A stretch of DNA of 64,000 nucleotides, taken from NCBI RefSeq assembly GCF_009914755.1, contig NC_060925.1; one strand, given 5' to 3'. The position numbers and the translations under genes are program-made. The stretch is from the human T2T-CHM13v2.0 reference genome, Homo sapiens. The notes beneath the pieces were generated by a model. The model did not search any database. It was not told the origin of the DNA and was given only the letters and a program-made list of their open reading frames with translations. Positions 57,016-64,000 of the stretch are shown here, piece after piece. The first letter of the stretch is position 1. Each line of letters starts with the position of its first letter.

Positions 57016-57319
57016 TTATTAATTTCTAAGAGCCTTCCTAGAACACTGTAAGTATGCTTAACCTGGTATTATAGAGACATGTAACAGAACTAAATACTTT
57101 CCACTCCACAAAAGAAGAGGCTATTTTGAACTACATGTATCTTCACAGAGGTTACTCCAGTAAGTAACTTGTGGAAGGGAGGGTCATTGGAATATGGAAA
57201 CAGACAAAATAAAATCTGTTCCCTTTTCCTCAAACCTCACATAGCCTCATACAATTAAATGAGATCTTGGTTACCTCTCAGCCTGTAAAGATTCCCCTGA
57301 GTGTGTATGTGTCAACTCC

Positions 57320-57740
57320 TGTCTTGGTTCATTTTATGCTGCTATAACAGAATACTGACTGGGTAATTTATAATGAACAGGCTGCGTGACTTATGATGAA
57401 CAGAAATATATTTGGGTTATGGTTCTGGAGGCTGAGAAGTCCAAGAGCATGCTGGTGGTATCTTGTGAGGGCCTTCTTGCCATGTCATAACATGGCGGAA
57501 GCCATCAAACGGAGTAGAGAGAACATGCGCAAGGGTGGGATAGAAGGGGGCCAAACTCATCCTTTTATCAGAAACACACTCCCATGATAACTCATTTCCC
57601 TAGCAATGGTATTAATCCATTCCTGAAAACAGAGCCCTTATGATTGTACTGCCCCTTAAAGGTCTCACCTCTCATCCCTGTTGCATTGAGGATTAAGTTT
57701 CCAACAGATGAACTTTGGGGGACATATTCAAATCATAGCA
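57320..57740 (-). mobile_element. MST (MSTD/C-like) MaLR solo LTR
   Basis: tgtcttggttcatttt...ttcaaatcatagca termini; 5-bp TSD actcc at 57315-57319 and 57741-57745. Confidence 0.85.
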
Positions 57741-58779
57741 ACTCCTTATTACCCAAATTTATCATTATACTGGTCAACCTACACATTACAAATTTACATT
57801 TAAAAAAAGTAATTAAGATTTGCTAAACTTAAAAGATTTATAAGTTGTAAAAAAAATCAAAAACAAAAACAAAAAAATAAAAAGCAAATAATCTTTAAAA
57901 AATATGTACATTTTTTAAATACAATGTACTGACCTGAAAGTAGTCAAGTTATCTATAGCTACTGGTTGATAAAGGCAACAGAATTGACAGCTCCCACGTC
58001 TGTAATTAAATGTGTGAAACTAACAAATGGAAATAATAGAGAAAGATTATTTTTCTTTACTGGTCATGTTGTGACATCAATTTGTTTTAAATGATGAGAA
58101 AAGAACTTAAAGGATTTGCTTTTTATTATAGTGCAAATTAATATTCAACTACTGAACTGAAATAGATTTGCATAAGAGTTATCACTATCAATAATCATTT
58201 GAAATTCATTTTTCCCAGATAAATTAGAATCTCCAGTGATAACAAGCAAGAGTTATCTCCTGCATTTTTGAAAAAAGGTTAAAATAATAGCTATTTCCTA
58301 TAACTAGATCTTGAGATTGGACATAAACCTTATACGTGCAACTTTCCTTATCTGATTTTAAGTTTTCTTTAACTGTAAACATGAGCTAATGCCACATGAA
58401 ACTAGGAAAATACGATGGAATTTGAAAATGATGTTAGACAGATAAAAGTAAGGAAATCCTAGATTTGAATGACATGGAAATGTCACCTAGTTCAGTCTCC
58501 TGTAGGGGTACATAGTGCCTCTAGCTGCTATCATCCTTAATGATCTCCAAGGAAGAAAGTAGATAAAGATCCTTTCATCATCAGTTGTAGGACTCCCCTC
58601 AACCCTGCCCCAAATATTAGATCTTTGAACTCTCTTTTAGCAGTAAATGTTATGTAGGTATTAATATATATCTTAAATAACATATATGACAGAGATGATA
58701 GAGGTAATAATAATAAGTAATCACTCTCCTTATTACTCTGAAAATATTGTATATAGCAGTAATATCAACCACAATCAAA

Positions 58780-58990
58780 ATGCCATATATTGAGTATTTG
58801 AATGGGCTAGACTCTCCTCTGATCCTTTTTTTAAAAGCATCATTCCACTAGTTTCCATTGCTATTATCCATGAAGAAATAGAGACTTAGAGAAGATAAGT
58901 AATTGGCTCATTTCCACAGTTTGTAAGGGACAGAGTTGTAATTCAGGAGCAGACCACATACTTCAAACCCTCCTGACCTTGCATCATCAT
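58780..58990 (-). mobile_element. MIR
   Basis: catgaagaaatagagacttagagaagataagtaattggctca...gtaagggacagag. Confidence 0.6.
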
Positions 58991-60089
58991 ACAGTAACTG
59001 TGTATCTATTGAAAATCTCTAGTTAGGTCCCTTCTGAGCTTTCTGATCTTTGAATTAATTATTTTCCATTTCTAACATTTGGCCATAGTGTCATTTTCCA
59101 GCATTAGTCACTTACAAAGATGTAGGATGTGCTATTATTTTAAATCCACATTCATCAAGAAAATAGGCCTAATTGGAGGGAATTAAGGTAGCTGCAATTT
59201 CCTGATGATTAAGCACTAGAATATGTTGCTAGGAGAAACTGGAGAATTTTCTTTTTTGAAAGTCTGAAAGAAAAGTACAAATAAGGTTTCAACAAACTCT
59301 AACTTGAACCCCAGTTTCCTGATTTGCTAAATGAATGGTTTAGAGTAGGTGATCTCCCTTGGGTCTCCCCAACCCTAACAACCCACAAGTCTGTAACTTT
59401 AAGTAGCAATTGGATGTTATAACCTCTCAAGGTCATTTTTAGACTTCTACTTTTTGCTTCAATGATTCTTGACTCTCTTTGGTTCAGCTCCACATTCTTG
59501 AGTTTCTTTCAAATGGAGATCTCATAAGAGCTATTATTTAACAGTATCCCAAATGTGCAATGTACAGAATTAAATACAACCATGCATTTAAGACTTTAAC
59601 AATCATAGTTCATCAGCACTATGTGTTCTTTCTCCTATTTGATTAAGGTTAAACAACAAGATGATGTTTCCTCATTGGGTAGCATTTTAAAGTGTATTGT
59701 GTATGTGACAGATGGGATCTTATAAATGCATTAGGCATGCTTATTTTAATATCTAAGCATATGCAAAAGTTCTAGAAATATTTTACATGCAAATGTCTGG
59801 GGCTCCACTAGGGCCCATAATAGAACTCCATACTCTGTGACTTCAAAGCCCTAGTCTCGACAACTAATCACTTGGCTATTTCCAAATCAAATTTCTTCAA
59901 ACAAATCAAAGGCATTTGTCCTACCCAAAAACCAAGTTCTGTGGCAAGTTTCACATTTCAAAATCAAGCTGCTTATTGAGATATTCATGCACTGAAAAAG
60001 GCACACAGAATTTCCTTTAGGAGATGAGACACACCTTTTTATGCTCCAATGAATTAGAAATTTCTCAAAGAGAATTTTAACAAATTTTC

Positions 60090-60092
<3 letters not shown>

Positions 60093-60121
<29 letters not shown>
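60093..60121. repeat. (AC)n microsatellite
   Basis: About 14 perfect AC units. Confidence 0.97.
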
Positions 60122-60123
<2 letters not shown>

Positions 60124-60429
60124 CACTTCATCTTAGCAGTAAAAGCCAAGATTCAGAATTTCAGCCCAAGAGATCTTTCATTTTCTGAAAGGTTATGAGC
60201 CCCTGAGATTTCATTCCTTTCAGAGTCATAATTACTGTGTTGCTTCTGAGTTGTTAACAATAACACTGATTAAAAGGAAGACAAAAAAAAGAAGAGATCG
60301 TTCACATACCCATATTAAGTGGCTTCACAAACTAGGAGTATTTTTAACACCACAACATTTGTGGTAAGTACAACAAAGTGTGTAATTCACTGGGAAGCAG
60401 AACAGAAAAGATGGGAATGATAATGTCAA

Positions 60430-60660
60430 ATAACTCACTTTACCCAGGGCTCCCTGTGGGCAAGGCACTGGGCCAAGTCCTCCACAGGCATTGTTGCATT
60501 TAATACAACAATTTTTAACAATTTTTAATAAAAGCCCTCCAATGAGGCACTTTTACTGTAGCATTTTTACCCATGAGGAAACTGAGGTTCAGAGAAGTTG
60601 AATAACTTGACAAGAGTCACCCAGACTCCCAAGCCTCTGTTCTTAATTGCTCAACTATGC
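60430..60660 (-). mobile_element. MIR
   Basis: catttttacccatgaggaaactgaggttcagagaagttgaataacttgacaagagtcacccag. Confidence 0.8.
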
Positions 60661-60667
60661 TACTGCC

Positions 60668-64000
<3,333 letters not shown>

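Noticed and set aside
57358-57403. Apparent duplication with filler in the MST LTR
   Set aside because: On alignment it is a plain diverged 23-bp tandem duplication (5 mismatches) with no templated filler.

Overview
Primate (almost certainly human) AT-rich non-coding DNA, most likely deep intron or intergenic. I recognise no host protein-coding exon, RNA gene, CpG island or CRISPR array. The only protein-like ORFs are LINE-1 remnants; the rest of the ORF track is repeat-derived or chance. Much of the window is interspersed repeat: Alu (J, S, Y), L1 (PA3, PA5, PA7, PB, MA, MB, MC, ME), MaLR/ERVL LTR elements including a full LTR-int-LTR THE1B, hAT and Tigger DNA-transposon fossils, and MIR/L2. 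A nested TE block spans about 23.5-38.3 kb. The most notable observations are: (1) a direct duplication whose spacer is an inverted copy of sequence about 250 bp downstream (40.5-40.9 kb), plus several smaller templated-insertion scars; (2) an AluY carrying the 12-bp Yd-lineage deletion; (3) an L1PA3 with an odd bipartite tail; (4) candidate splice signals on both strands; (5) several motif-dense candidate enhancers. I found no convincing novel biological system. Subfamily calls come from remembered consensus sequences, and boundaries of old repeats are approximate.
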